64,000 nucleotides of DNA from Octopus vulgaris (lineage: Eukaryota), in assembly GCA_951406725.2 (NCBI GenBank), contig CATOCA020000001.1, positions 8,866,001 through 8,930,000 of the forward strand, given 5' to 3'. This document shows, piece after piece, positions 1 to 19,200 of the stretch. Position 1 is the stretch's first letter; each line of letters starts with the position of its first letter. The notes beneath the pieces were generated by a model. The model worked only from the letters and a program-made list of their open reading frames with translations. It ran no database searches and was not told the origin of the DNA. A program made the position numbers and the translations under genes.

Positions 1-224
1 AGGAAGGACATCGAGCTGTAGAAACCATGCCAAATCAGACAGGAACGTGGGGCAGCTCACCGACTCATAATCTCCTGTCAAAACAGCCGACATATGCCAG
101 TATGGTGAGTGGATGTTAAATGATGATAATGATGGTGATGATGATGATGATGATGATGGTGATAATGCACAAATAGAGACATAGACATACACAAATATGA
201 AAATAACAATCAAAACTATCATTG

Positions 225-262
<38 letters not shown>

Positions 263-352
263 GTGTATATTTAGGGCTAAAAACCACTATGTGGACAGCC
301 ATATGCTAGAAGAAGATCACATACGATCTAACCATAAATCCATTCATCTCCA

Positions 353-987
<635 letters not shown>

Positions 988-1033
988 AGACAGATAGACA
1001 GAAAGATATATAGATAGATAGATAGATATAGAT

Positions 1034-2554
1034 ATGTTTCTTTATTAGCCACACAGGGCTGCACACAGATAGAACAAATTACAAGGTAGAGCTTTTCTTT
1101 TGAAGGTTTAAAAAAAAAAAATAAAAAAAGGAAGGGGGAGTTTCGATCAAAAGGGATCGTAAAAGGAGAGAAAGAGGACAAAAAAAGGGGGTTAAAAAAA
1201 GGGGGAGAGGAAAAAAAAAAATTGATCAATAGGGATCGTTATCACAGAAATGTCAATATGAAGTGTAAAGGGGAGGACAGGTGAGGTTTACCCGTGGAAA
1301 GAAAAGCCTACGGAAAAGACCACGGTAACCTCGGTCAATGGAGTCACATGTTATATTTCTTTTTTCTTTTTTTTTTGCAAATAAGCAACTCTCTGTTTTC
1401 AATTTCTGGGTTCATAGGATCATGCTCAAGGTGGCTTCGTCATTCATACGTGCCATTCTTGCTACATTCACCCTTCTTTTTAAAACATTCGCTAGACAAA
1501 ACTTGCCTCTCTACTCTCACTTTCCTTTTCAAGTGGTACTTGAGGAAGTTGATGAGAGATTGACCAGAGAGGAAAGTGTTTGTCTCCAATCCTTTCAGAG
1601 GCATCCACCAGATACATTCTTTCGCCATAGCCACAAGGATGATGAAAATAGCTCTTCCTTCCGGTTTGAAGGAGGGAGGCGTGACAATATTAACGATAGA
1701 CTCAGCTGATAAACCGACTCGTCCCACACGTGACAGCAGTTGTTCGACACAAGCCCACAGGTCGGAAATTGTTGGACACTGCACGAGTGCGTGCAGAACG
1801 GTTTCGTCGCTCTGACCGCATCTCGGGCAGGTCGGCCCCGTGTTTCTCGAGCCGTGTCTGTAAAGCTTATCCCGAACGGGTAGCGCTTCTCAGTAGCACT
1901 GCCAGGCCAGGGATCTCTGGAAGTTGTCCATGGGCCCTGGCCCGAAAGTCGTCCTGAACAGGCGGGTCAGGTACTCCTCGTCGACGTCCAGGTTCGCCCC
2001 GAGCTCGTCGTCGTACCTCCCCTCCACTAAACCCCTATAGAATGCTTTGGTTGTGTTGAAGTCACTCAAGGTCGACCCAGGACGGCAGAGTTGCTTGAGA
2101 GCAACGCGACACTCGCGGTGCCATTCGCCCTTCTTCGGCCTCTTTTCGATCCACGACTGCAGTTTGGTCATGGAGACGAGCTGCGGGAAAGCGTGCCTCA
2201 CAAACGGCGACCACACCTGTTCACCGTCGTCTACATAGAGCCAGAGATGTCGCAGTCTCAGCGCGTGTCTGCGCATCATCAACCACGGCATGCCCAGCCC
2301 TCCTTTTAACGGGTGTTGACAGCAAATGGATCGCCTGACCATCGGGACGCATCCTTTCCACAAGAAGCAAAAGAGAATGCGTTGTAGTTTGGTGATGGTA
2401 GGGTCGGGACAAGGTACGACGGTCAGGCGATAGTAGATGACGGACACGATGCACGTGTTTGCCACCTCCGCCCGACCTTTTAGGGACAGTTTCCTCTCGG
2501 CCCATTGCCGGGCGAGAGTGGCCACCCTACTCGTTATCTCGTTCCAGTTCTTCT
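1034..2554 (-). mobile_element. Tx1/L1-clade LINE, 5'-truncated, disrupted ORF2
   Basis: W..RKLSLKGRA..N, FLWKG...P..GGLGMP and the CPRC..ETVLHALVQCP zinc-knuckle motif of L1/Tx1 ORF2; GATA repeats on both sides. Confidence 0.85.
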
Positions 2555-3260
<706 letters not shown>

Positions 3261-3967
3261 GACACACACATCCATATATACATGGTTGTAGTGTAAGGAG
3301 CTTTTTTCCCAGCCATACACGGTTCCACGTTGAATCCCTCTGCATGGAAACTCAGGCAAGTATATTCTACCCTTACCTAGGGCTGAACAAAAACTTGTTA
3401 GTGGATTTGGTAAATGAAAACTGAAAGAAGCTTCATAACAGGAGTGTGTCTATGTGTGTGCCTATGTAGGTGTGTGTGTGTGAGTTAGTGTTTGCATATG
3501 TGTGTGTGTGTGTGTAGCGGTTCGGTAAAGAGGCTGAGAGGATAAGTGATATGCTTAAAATAAAAGAAAGGACTGGGATCGATACATTTGACTAAAAATT
3601 CAAGGTGATGCCCCAGCATGACCGCAGTCAAATGCCTGAAACAATTAATATATATATATATCTATATATATATATGTATATACATATATACACATGATGT
3701 CTGTTATATTTTGGTTCATCTCGTAATGACGTAGTTTCATTTGACCATTAAAGATATCATTATCAGTGATGGTGGTCAGTTGGACTGTCAACACCGCTAA
3801 TATCAACATCAACATTATCAATATACAATTCCTCCACAAACACAAGGCTTTTGTAGTACATGTGATTAAATCTATCCCCATTATTTCACTGGTACATTGA
3901 TAATATTTATATTATACAGATCAATATAATACTGGAGAGTGTATATAATATATATTTATTAACTAAC

Positions 3968-4004
3968 CTTGTTCAGCATCACAGACACCACATTATAGTG
4001 TTGG
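3968..4004 (-). CDS. ANK-RING gene copy A, 37-nt micro-exon 5 (R-QHYNVVSVMLNK)
   Basis: tactttcAG acceptor, GTTAGT donor, phase 2 to 0, which is the bridge needed before the exon-6 type seen in copy B. Gene continues off the left edge. Confidence 0.8.
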
Positions 4005-4668
4005 CTGAAAGTAATGGATGAGGAAAGAAAAACATGAAAAAAGCAAACATCACACAGCTTGAGATAATAGTTATTAGGTCATTAAAGAAAACAAATGTAA
4101 TTAGGTCACAATAACTTAATTACAGCAATTATTACACACATACTCACACACACATATATATTTATTCAATACACACTCTACACAGTAGAACAATGATATA
4201 TACACACCTGAGTAAACCCAGAAATGTAAAGACAGGAAAAATACTGCTAAGAATTCTGACAGCTTATATAAACATGAAATTTAGGAAGGAAAGAAGGGCT
4301 ACAGGTAATCATATGAACCCCAGTACATGACTGGTATTGTATTTTATCAACCTTGCAAAGATGGAGGAGAAGTTGACCTTGGCAGGATTTGAACTCTGAA
4401 CGTAAAGAGTCGTAAATAAAATAACACAATTTATTTTCTACAAAAGTAATAAGAAACAAGAACAGGAGAAAAGAAGGAAGACAGTTTATTAAAGGAACCC
4501 CTGGGTATTACTGGTACAGATTATATTGACCCCAGAGTGATAGTAAATATTCTGGTAGGATTTGAACATGGAACATAAAGAGACAAATGTAAATACTGTA
4601 AGGGGATGATTCTGTATTTAGCCCAGGGTCGGAGTAAATAGGGAAACTACAAAGGAGAGAGAGTGAGG

Positions 4669-4717
<49 letters not shown>

Positions 4718-4993
4718 TAGTTCTAGATGGGATGAAAGGAAGAAGAGAGAGGATTTGAACCTGTGACGTTGAGGAAATGGAGAACGAGATGAAGTAAAGT
4801 GTCCAGTCAGGCAACAACAATAACAATTATGGTGATGATTAATTAATAAAGTAGATTACAGTGCGAAAGAGAGAAGAAAGACAATGACCCCATGGTGGGA
4901 TTATGACATGAATGACTGAATGAAAAAGAAACAAACATTATTGAAAACATAAAAGAAACAGATTTGGATATTCCAGATCCAATGGGGACTTAC

Positions 4994-5148
4994 CGCTGAA
5001 CTGCCACCTGCAGTGGTGTGTCTCCATCGTTGCCAACCACATTGGCATCAATGCCATTGTGACCCAACAACAGCTCGACAGTGTGAAAGCGTCCCCACGA
5101 ACAGGCCCAGTGCAGCGGTGTGCGACCAGCTTCATTTCGAGGATTAAC
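4994..5148 (-). CDS. ANK-RING gene copy A, coding exon 4 (VNPRNEAGRTPLHWACSWGRFHTVELLLGHNGIDANVVGNDGDTPLQVAVQ-R)
   Basis: tttatcAG acceptor, GTAAGT donor, 155 nt, phase 0 to 2; ankyrin frame differs from the ORF-track frame; paralog at 48966-49120. Confidence 0.92.
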
Positions 5149-6021
5149 CTGATAAAGAAAAGAATAAAAACATTAAAAATGGTGTCTGAAAGGGGAGTCG
5201 GGTGGTGAAGAATTAAAAGAAAAACTCACAGAAAAAGAGAAGAGAAGGAATGAAATTAATTAAACAGGTGGAATGATTGGGGTGGGGAGTAGGTAATGGA
5301 GATTTCTATTGTATATACACACACGCGTATACACACATACATATGTACATATAAATATATTTATACACACAAACACACAAACACACGCATATAGGATGAA
5401 CAACTCAATAAATAAACACATAGAGCAGCAAAATGTGTGTGTGTGTGTGTATATATGTGTGTGTTCGCGTGTGTGTGTGTGTTCATAGTTACATTTATTC
5501 TTTTATTCTTTCATTTGTTTCAGTCATGTGACTGTGGCCATGGTGGAGCACTGTCGTTAGTCGAGCAAATCGACCCCAGTAAGCCTAGTACTTATTTTAT
5601 TCGTTTCTTTTGCAGAAACGCTAGTTTACGGGGACATAAACACACCAGCATCGGTTGTCAAGCGATGTTGGGGGACAAACACAGGCACACAAACACACGC
5701 ATGTACACAAAGACACACATAACACACACACACACATATGTAGATATATATATATATATAATGCAAGATGTGTGTGTGTGTGTGAACGTTTTTGTACTTT
5801 ATGCACATCCACAAATTAACACGCATGTCGCTCAAATTTTAGGAGGACATTTGTCCCGACCCTAGCTGTATTTTCGTCAAATTATTTTCCCCCGAGACAT
5901 CCGCGAATAGCGGTAAATAATTTTGAGCCATAACTTCTAAATTTTTAAGATGGCGAAAGCTACCATTGTTTACAAAGCAAACATTAATTAAGTCACCTCC
6001 TAGCGACGGTGTAAATAGAGG

Positions 6022-6052
<31 letters not shown>

Positions 6053-6446
6053 ATAATTTCGTCTTTTTACTGGCAATAACAGACAGACAGGTGTTGTTAT
6101 GTATGTTTGTATGTGTGAATGGCTTCAGTCACGCATACACACATACGAGCATGTATGCGTAAAAGACACATATATGCAATGTTTGTGTGTGTGTGTGTTG
6201 TGCGTATATATATATACGAGCAACATAAACGATATTCTCCGTTTCTCCACAACTAATTTCCAAATTAGCTGAATCCGTTGTTCTAATCATAGCGATATAT
6301 AGCTGGTCGTGCGTGAACATGGGAGAGAGCAGAGGTTACCAGAGCAAAAGACCTACGTGTTGACTGTAGACACGCTCCTTCGCAAACGATCAGCTATTAT
6401 TTTGTAAACAATGTTTCGAAACTGTTCATGTTTTCGAAAGGAGAGG

Positions 6447-6659
6447 GGTCAACCTAAAGCGTTTGACCCGGTCATAAAAACAAACAAAAAAATAGTAATA
6501 TGTGTAAAAGAACTTCCTCTCTAAACGAATATGACCAAAAAAATGTGCGCTCGCGAAAGGAGGGTGGGAGGAGAGGCCTATGGCCTTTTCTTTGATAATA
6601 TCTTTCTTGCTTATTTAAATTCAGTTCAATGCAGTCTTGCCTTGAACCAAACCTTTCTC

Positions 6660-6698
<39 letters not shown>

Positions 6699-6930
6699 TC
6701 TTGATAATCGTTTAGAACAAGTTGTTTTACACCTATTACACTATTTTTTTGTTTTTGTGCCCGGGTCAGACATGTAACATCCACGATGTGAATTTTCCGA
6801 GGCCTCTCCCCCACTCCCCTTTCGCGAGCGCGCATTTTTTGGGTCATATTCGTTTAGAGGAATTTGTTTTATGCCTATTACACTATTTTTTTGTTTGTTT
6901 TATGACCGGGTCAAACGCTTTAGTTTGACC
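6447..6930. mobile_element. MITE with ~130-bp terminal inverted repeats and an 8-bp target-site duplication
   Basis: Arms 6447-6579 and 6800-6930 (GGTCAA...TTGACC); AGGAGAGG at 6439-6446 and 6931-6938. Confidence 0.85.
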
Positions 6931-7371
6931 AGGAGAGGTATGACTTTCACATCTCTGCGGGAGAAGGTAGGCTTCTCTATTCCTGTTACAAAACTTACTT
7001 CCGGGAGCCAAATTTGCTTCAATTGATGGTATTACTCGGGTAGGAGGTGGTGGTGGGACAGTGGCAGGGGCAAAGGCGTGCAAAAACATGTATACAATAG
7101 GTGTATGTACGTATATGTTTGTGTGTGTGTGTTTTGCCCATATATATAAACTTAGTTGTGATCTGAACATAACCGCTTCTCACACAGAGGATCAGGAGCC
7201 CTTTTGGGCGTTTCTATTTCCTTGCTGGAAGGGTTCTCAATCCATGGGCAAAATGGGGTTACACGAAAAAACAAAGAAAAAACAATCGATGAGTGTAAAA
7301 ATCGAGAAACCGATTTCTTATGGAACCATGTGGTTTGTAAGCAAGCTACTAACCACACAGCCAATCCTGTG

Positions 7372-7409
<38 letters not shown>

Positions 7410-7664
7410 TGTGGTTGTATGTTCCTCATGAAGCTTTTTAAAATAAATATTTCTTAATGAAATTTTCTGAAAATCCATCCCTATCCATGTCTTAATCAAC
7501 AATTATGTCTGGAGTTGGGATTGGTTTGAAACTCATCAAATGCTTTTATTTTCTCAACATAATCGGAAACACCAGAAAGTTATGGGGAAAAAATAAGGGT
7601 CTCAGGAAGTATATATACATATATATATATATGTATGTGTGTGTGGATATGTATATATATACTC

Positions 7665-7709
<45 letters not shown>

Positions 7710-7980
7710 TATATATATATTAATTATAATAAAGGGTTAATTGCAACAAATTGCTCAAAACCACATACCGAAAATATTAGGAATAGCAGCCAAATAGATC
7801 ACTATTTCTCCTACTAAAAAAAAAGTCTCCACAAACAAACAGAATTTGTCACCCGTATATGGTAAAGAGAAAGAAAACAACGAAATCCCAGCCTATGGAT
7901 TAATTATAGACGAATCTTTTCTGGATTAGAACCGAAAGTTCAAGGAAATGAACTTTCGTTTTTAAATCAGAAACGATTTT

Positions 7981-8089
<109 letters not shown>

Positions 8090-8117
8090 TATATATATAT
8101 ATTATATAATATTATTT

Positions 8118-8151
<34 letters not shown>

Positions 8152-8546
8152 CTTATTTATATGTGTATATACATATGTATATATATATATCTTTTATATC
8201 TTATAGGCATATATACAGTGTACATACGGTATATATACGATTATATATACATACCTATATAAGTGTGCCTCGAAGGTCGGGAGAGGATTTGAGTTAAAAT
8301 TCGCAAGAGTAGATTTTGTTTCCTCGTAATTTACCGAAAGACGGATAAATTATTAGGAAAATTTAGAGAAAATCCTTTCGGGGAAGATTAGGATTATTTC
8401 GGAATATAATATGAATGAAGAGAAGCACTAACATATGCACACCACAATTTACATTATATATACATCCATACATTTTATTTGTATATATATGTATATATGC
8501 ACACACACATACACACACACGCACACACACATATATAGTCACTAAC

Positions 8547-8700
8547 CTCAACAGCGCTCTGTTTCATTATAGCTTTCATACCATCTGTCCATTCCGGATA
8601 TAACCTTGCAGCCAAATAGAGAGGAGTATATCCGCCGTTGGTCTTCTCGTTGACATTGCTGCCCCGAGAGAGTAATAGCTCCACAGCTTGCAGTCGACGC
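8547..8700 (-). CDS. ANK-RING gene copy A, coding exon 3 (RRLQAVELLLSRGSNVNEKTNGGYTPLYLAARLYPEWTDGMKAIMKQSAVE)
   Basis: ctctcAG acceptor, GTTAGT donor, 154 nt, phase 2 to 0; VELLLxxGxxVN...GxTPL ankyrin consensus. Confidence 0.9.
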
Positions 8701-8769
8701 CTGAGAGGAAAAGATAGAAACAATGACTAATTTACATTAAATATGAAATTATTTTGGCTTTCAGACGAA

Positions 8770-12840
<4,071 letters not shown>

Positions 12841-13046
12841 TGTGATTGTTATGATTGAATAATGACTAATGAATTGGATCGATGACTAAAGAGAAGCTTC
12901 TTTTTGTTGTTGTTGTTGTTTGCTAGTCTGCTGTTGTGCTGTTGTCCCACAACTATGGCTTCTTTGGATATTGAACCTGTGTCTGCAATTGCAACAAATT
13001 TACAAACAAAAACACATCTGCAGATTTTACTTGATTCTCAACTTAC

Positions 13047-13204
13047 CAAGTCACAGCCCAATGCAAAGCTGTCTGACCCCATTGGTCTTTCGCTCCCATA
13101 TCGCCTCCTGCGTCTATCAAAATGTCGATGATTCTTATATCGGCTTCCTCTCGAGAGGCAAACATTAAAGGAGTTGCTCCAAACCATTCAATAGGTTTAT
13201 TAAT
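13047..13204 (-). CDS. ANK-RING gene copy A, coding exon 2 (INKPIEWFGATPLMFASREEADIRIIDILIDAGGDMGAKDQWGQTALHWAVT-W)
   Basis: ttacAG acceptor, GTAAGT donor, 158 nt, phase 0 to 2; ankyrin motifs GxTPLxxA and GxTALHxA. Confidence 0.9.
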
Positions 13205-13244
13205 CTGTAATGAAGAAAGTGAGGACATGTGAAATAGAGAAATT

Positions 13245-16200
13245 CCATTTTCTCTCTCTCTCTCTATCTTTTCTCTCTTTGTCTCTCACTCTCTTTCTCG
13301 TTTTCTTTCCTCTTTCTCTCCTTCTTTCTCTCTCTATCTCCCTCTTTCATTTCTATCCTTCTCTTTCTTTTCTCACTTTCTCTCTCTTTCCCCTTTTCTC
13401 TCTCTCTCTTTCTTTCTCCTCTCTCCGTGTCTCATTTACTCTCTCTCTCTTTTCTCTCTTTGTCTCTCACTCTCTTTCTCGTTTTCTTTCCTCTTTCTTT
13501 CCTCTTTCTCTCTCTATCTCCCTCTTTCATTTCTTTCCTTCTCTTTTTTTCTCTCTTTCTCTCTCTTTCCCCTTTTCTCTTCTCTCTCTTTCTTTCTCTC
13601 TCCGTGTCTCTTTTACTCTCTCTCTCTCTTTCTTTTCTCTCCTTTCCCATTTTCCTTTCCTCTCTTTCTATCTCTCATTTCCTTACTCTTTCTCTTTCTC
13701 ATTTTTCACTTATCTTTCTCTTTCTCTATTTTTCAATTTCTCTCTTTCTCTCTCCGTATCTCTCTCTCTTTCATTTCCCTCTCTTTCTATTCTTACATTC
13801 TTTCTCTTTCCCTTCTTCTTCTCTCTCTTTCATTCTCCCTCTCTCTTTTTCATATTTTTCCCTCTCTCTCATTCTTTTCTCTCTTTTTCCATTTTACTTT
13901 TCTCTGTTTCTCTCTTTTTCTTTCTCTTTCTTTATCTCTCTCTCTATTACCTTTTTTCGTTCTTTCTCTCTCTGTCTCCTTCACTTTTCTTTTTCTCTCT
14001 TTCACCCAACCTTTTTCATCTCTCTTCCTCTTTAACTTTTATTTCTATCTCTCTCTTTCTCTCTGTGCTTCTCTTTGCCTTTTCTATCTTACTTCCTCTT
14101 TCTCTTTTACTTTTCTGTCTTTCTTTGATGTCCTTTCTCTTTTCCTTTTCTCTCTCTCTCCCTTTCCTCTCTCTTTCTTCTTCTCTCACTCACTCACATT
14201 TTATTTTCTATTTTTCACTCTCTATGTCTCTAACTCTTTGTTCTCTCTTTCTCTCTCTTTCCTTCCTCTCTCTCTCTTTTGTATCTTTCTTCCTCTCTCT
14301 CTATTTCCCACTCTCTTTTCTCTCCTATATTCCCCTCTTTCCCTCTCTGTCTCCTTTCTCTTTCTCTCCCTCTCCTATTCTTATCTCTCACTTTCTTTTT
14401 CCCCCTTTCCCTCCTTCTTTCTCCCCCTCTCATTTTCTCTTCTCTCCTTCTCCCCCGCTCTTTTACCTTTCACTCCTGCTTTCCTTTTCTCTCTTTTTCT
14501 ATTCTCTCTTCTTTATCTCTCTCCTTTTCTTTTCCCTCTTTCTCTCTTTTTCTCTCCCTTACTCGCTTCCTTTTAACTCTCTCTTTCTTTCCTCTCTTCC
14601 TCTTACTCTCTGTTGTCTCCTTTCTCTGGTAATTTTTCTCTTCTCTTTTCCTCTCGCTCTCTCACTTTCTTTTTCTCTCTTCCTCCCTCTCCCTCTCTTT
14701 GTTTCTGTCTCTTTGACCTTTCCTTTCCCTCTTCTTTCCCTCTTTTCCTTTTCTCCCTTTAAGGGACTTACTTTTTTCTTTTCTCTCCTCTCTTGAGTTC
14801 TCACTTTAATTTTTCTCTTTCTCCCTCTTTCTTTTCTCTCATTCTCTTTATTCCTTTTACGTCTCTATTATCCCTCTCTTTCTTCCTCTCTCTCTCTCTC
14901 CCTTTTCCTCTCTTTATTTCTCTCAGTACCTTTTTCTTCTCTCATCCTCCATCTTTCTCTCTTCCTCTCCCTCTTTCTCTTTTTCTATTCTCGCTCTCTC
15001 CCACTCTGCTTCTTTCCTCTCCCTTTTTATTTCCTGGCTTTCCTTCTCCCTATCTCTCTTTATCTTTTCCTTTTCTCTCATTCTTTCTCTGTTTTCTTTC
15101 ACCCTATCTCTCTCTATCTCTTTCTTTTCTCTCTTTCACTCGTATTCTTTGTATGTTCTCTCTTTCTCTCTCATTTCCTCATTGTCTTTCTCTCTTTCTT
15201 TTTCTTTATCTCTCTCCCTTTCGTCTTCTCGTTTTTCCTCTCGTTTCTTTTTATCCTTCTTCCTCTCTCTCACTCTTTCATTTCTCTCCTTTTTCTCTCG
15301 TTTCTTTCTCTCTCTCTTTCCTTTCTCGCTCTCTCACTTTTTCCTCCTTCTTTCGCCCTCTTGTTTTCTTTCTTTCCTTCTTCATCTCTCTCACTCTTTC
15401 ATTTCTCTCTTTTTTCTCTCGTTTCTTTTTCTCTCTCTTTTTTTCTCGCTCTCTCGCTTTTTTCTCCTTTCTCCCTCTCATTTTCTTTTTATCCTTCTTC
15501 CTCTCTCTCACTCTTTCATTTCTCTCCTTTTTCTGTCGTTTCTTTCTCTCCCTCTCTTTCCTTTCTCGCTCTCTCTCACTTTTTCCTCCTTCTTTCTCCC
15601 TCTTCTTTTCTTTTTATCCCTCTTCCTCTCTCTCACTCTTTCATTTCTCTCTTTTTTCCCTCGTTTCTTTTTCTCTCTCTTTTTTTTCTCGCTCTCTCGC
15701 TTTTTCCTCCTTCTTTCTCTCTCTTTTTTTCTCACTCTCTCACTTTTTTCTCCTTCCTTCTCCCTCTCGTTTTCTTTTCATCATTCTTCCTCTCTCTCAC
15801 TCTTTCATTTCTTTCTTTTTCCTCTCGTTTCTTTTTCTCTCTGTTTCTTTACTCCCTTTTATCTCCTTCTATCTCCATCTCGTTATCTTTCTTTCCTTCT
15901 CCCTCTCTTTTATCCTTTTTCTGTCTCTCTTTCCTTTTCTCTCTTCTTCTTCCTCTCGTTTCTTTTTCTCTCACTTTTTTCTCCTTCTTTCTCCTTTTTT
16001 TTTCTTTTTATCCTTCTTCCTCTCTCTCACTCTTTCATTTCTCTCTTTCTTCCTCTCGCTCTCTCACTTTTATCTCCTTCTTTCTCCCTCTCGTTTTCTT
16101 TTTATCCTTCTTTCTCTCTCTCACTCTTTCATTTCTCTCTTTCTTCCACACGTTTCTTTTTCTCTCTCTTTCTTTTCTCGCTTTTATCTCCCTCTTTCTC

Positions 16201-19200
16201 CCTCTCGTTTTCTTTCTTTCCTTCTCCCTCTCTCTCACTCTTTCATTTCTCTCTTTTTACCGCTCGTTTCTTTTTCTCTCTCTTTCTTTTCTCGCTCTCT
16301 CACTTTTTTCTCCTTCTTTCTCCCTCTCGTTTTCTTTTTATCCTTCTTCGTGTCTCTCACACTTTCATTTGCTTCTTTTTCTCTTGTTTCCTTTTCTCTC
16401 ACTCTTTCCTTTCTCTCTTCTTCTTCCTCTCGTTTCTTTTTATCTCTCTTTCTTTCCTCTCGCTTTTTTCTCCTTCTTTCTCCCTTTCTTTTTCTTTTTA
16501 TCCTTTTTTCTCTCTCTCACCCTCTCATTTCTCTCTTTCTTCCTCTCGTTTCTTTTTCTCTCTCTTTCTTTTCTCGCTTTTATCTCCTCCTATCTCGCTC
16601 TCGTTTTCTTTCTTTCCTTCTCCCTCTCTTTTATCCTTCTTTCTCTCTCTCACTCTTTCATTTCTTTCTTTTTTCTCTTGTTTCTTTTTCTCTCTCTCTT
16701 TCCTTTTCTCTCTTCTTCTTCCTCTCGTTTCTTTTTTTCTCTCTTTCTTTTCTCTCGCTTTTTTCTCCTTCTTTCTCCCTGTCTTTTTCTTTTTATCCTT
16801 CTTCCTCACTCTCACTCTTTCATTTCTCTCTTTCTTCCTCTTGCTCTCTCACTTTTATCTCCTTCTTTCTCCCTCTCGTTTTATTTTTATCCTTCTTCCT
16901 CTTTTTCACTCTTTCATTTCTCTTCTTCTTCCTCTCATTTCTTTTTCTCTCTCTTTCTATTCTCACTCTCTCTCTTTTTTCCCTTCATTCTCCCTGTCTT
17001 TTTCTTTTTATCCTTCTTCTTCTCTCTCACTCTTCCATTTCTCTCTTTCTTCATATCGTTTCTTTCTCTCTCTCTCTTTCTTTTCTCGTTCTCTCGCGTT
17101 TTTCTCCTTCTTTCTCCCTCTCGTTTTCTTTTAATCCTTCTTTCTCTCACTCACTCTTTTTTCCTCTCGTTTCTTTCTCTCTCTCTCCTTTTCTCGCTCA
17201 CTCAATTTTTTTTCCTTCTTTCTTCCTCTCTCTCACTCTTTCATTTCTCTCTTTCTCTTTCTTTTCTCGCCCTCTCGCTTTATTCTCCATCTTTCTCCCT
17301 CTCGTTTTCTTTTTATCCTTCTTTCTCTCTCTCACTCTTTCATTTCTCTCTTTCCTCTTCTCCTTTTTTTCTCACTCTCTTTCTTTTTTCTCTTTCTTCT
17401 TCTCATTTTCTTTTTATCCTTCTTCCTCTCTCTCACTCTTTCATTTCTCTCTTTTTCCTCTCGTTTTTTTTTCTCTCTCTTTCTTTTCTTACTCTGAGGC
17501 TTTTTTCTCCTTTCTTCTCGCTCTCTTTCATTTATTTCTCTCTCTCTCTTTCTTTTCTCGCTCTCTCGCTTTTTTCTCCTTCTTTCTCCCCCTCGTTTTC
17601 TTTTTATCCTTCTTCCTCTCTCTCACTCTTTCATTTCTCTCTTTCTTCCTCTCGTTTCTTTCTCTCTCTCTTTCTTTTCTCGCTCTCTCGCTTTTTTCTC
17701 CTTCTTTCTCCCTCTCGTTCATTTTATCCTTCTTCCTCTCTCTCACTCTTTCATTTCTCTTTCTTCCTCTCGTTTCTTTCTTCTCTCTCCTTCTTTCTCC
17801 CTCTTGTTTTCTTTTTATCCCTCTTCCTCTCTCTCACTCTTTCATTTCTCTTCTTCTTCCTCTCGTTTCTTTTTCTCTCTCTTTCTTTTCTCTCTCTCTC
17901 TTTTTTCCCTTCTTTCTCCCTCTCGTTTTCTTTTTATCCTTCTTCCTCTCTCTCACTCTTTCATTTTCTCTCTTTCTTCCTCTCGTTTCTTTTTCTCTCT
18001 CTTTCCTTTTCTCACTCTATCACTTTTTTCTCCTTCCTTCTCCCTGTCGTTTTCTTTTTATCCTTCTTCCTCTCTCTCACTCTTTCATTTCTCTCTTTCT
18101 TCCTCTCGTTTCTTTTTCTCTCTCTTCCTTTTCTCACTCTATCACTTTTTTCTCCTTCCTTCTCCCTCTCGTTTTCTTTTTATCCTTCTTCCTCTCTCTC
18201 ACTCTTTCATTTCTCTCTTTCTTCCTCTCGTTTCTTTTTCTCTCTCTTTCTTTTCTTACTCTCTCACTTTTTTCTCCTTCATTCTCCCTCTCGTTTTCTT
18301 TTTATCCTTATTCCTCTCTCTCACTCTTACATTTCTCTCTTTCTTCCTCTCGTTTCTCTCTCTCTCTTTCTTTTCTCACTCTCTGACTTGTTTCGCTTTC
18401 CTTCTCCCTCTCGTTTTTCTTTTTATCCTTCTTCATCTCTCTCACTCTTTCATTTCTTTCTCTCTCTCTCCTTTTCTCGCTCACTCACTTTTTTCTCCTT
18501 CTTTCTCCCCCTCGTTTTCTTTTTATCCTTCTTCCTCTCTCTCACTCTTTCATTTCTCTCTTTCTTCCTCTCGTTTCTTTCTCTCTCTCTTTCTTTTCTC
18601 ACTCTCTCACTTTTCTCTCCTTCTTTCTCCCTCTCGTTTTCTTTTTATCCTTCTTCCTCTCTCTCACTCTTTCATTTCTCTCTTTCTTCCTCTTGTTTCT
18701 TTCTCTCTTTCTTTCTTTTCTCGCTCTTTCAGTTTTTCCTCCCTCTTTCTCCCTCTCGTTTTCTTTTTATTCTTCTTCCTCTCACTCTTTCATTTCTCTC
18801 TTTCTTTCTCTCATTTCTTTTTCTCACTCTCTTTCTTTTCTCACTCTCTCACTTTTCTCTCTTTCTTTCTTCCTCGTTTTCTTTTTATCTTTTATCCTCT
18901 CTCTCACTCTTTCATTTCTCTCTTTCTTCCTCTTCGTTTCTTTTTCTCTCTCTTTCTTTTCTTGCTCTCTCCCGTTTTTCTCCTTCTTTCTCCCTCTCGT
19001 TTTCTTTTTATCCTTGTTCCTCTCTCTCACTCTTTCATTTCTCTCTTTCTTCCTTTCGTTTCTTTTTCTCTCTCTTTCTTTCCTCGCTCTCTCACTTTTT
19101 CTCCTTTCTTTCTCCCTTCTGCCTTTCTTTTTATTATTCTTCCTCTCTCTCACTCTTTTTTTCTCTCATTTCTTTTTCTCACTCTCTTTCTTTTCTCGCT

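Noticed and set aside
4938-5135. ORF-track proteins MKLVAHRC... and MKMVAHRC... (48979-49176)
   Set aside because: Wrong-frame readings of the ankyrin exon.
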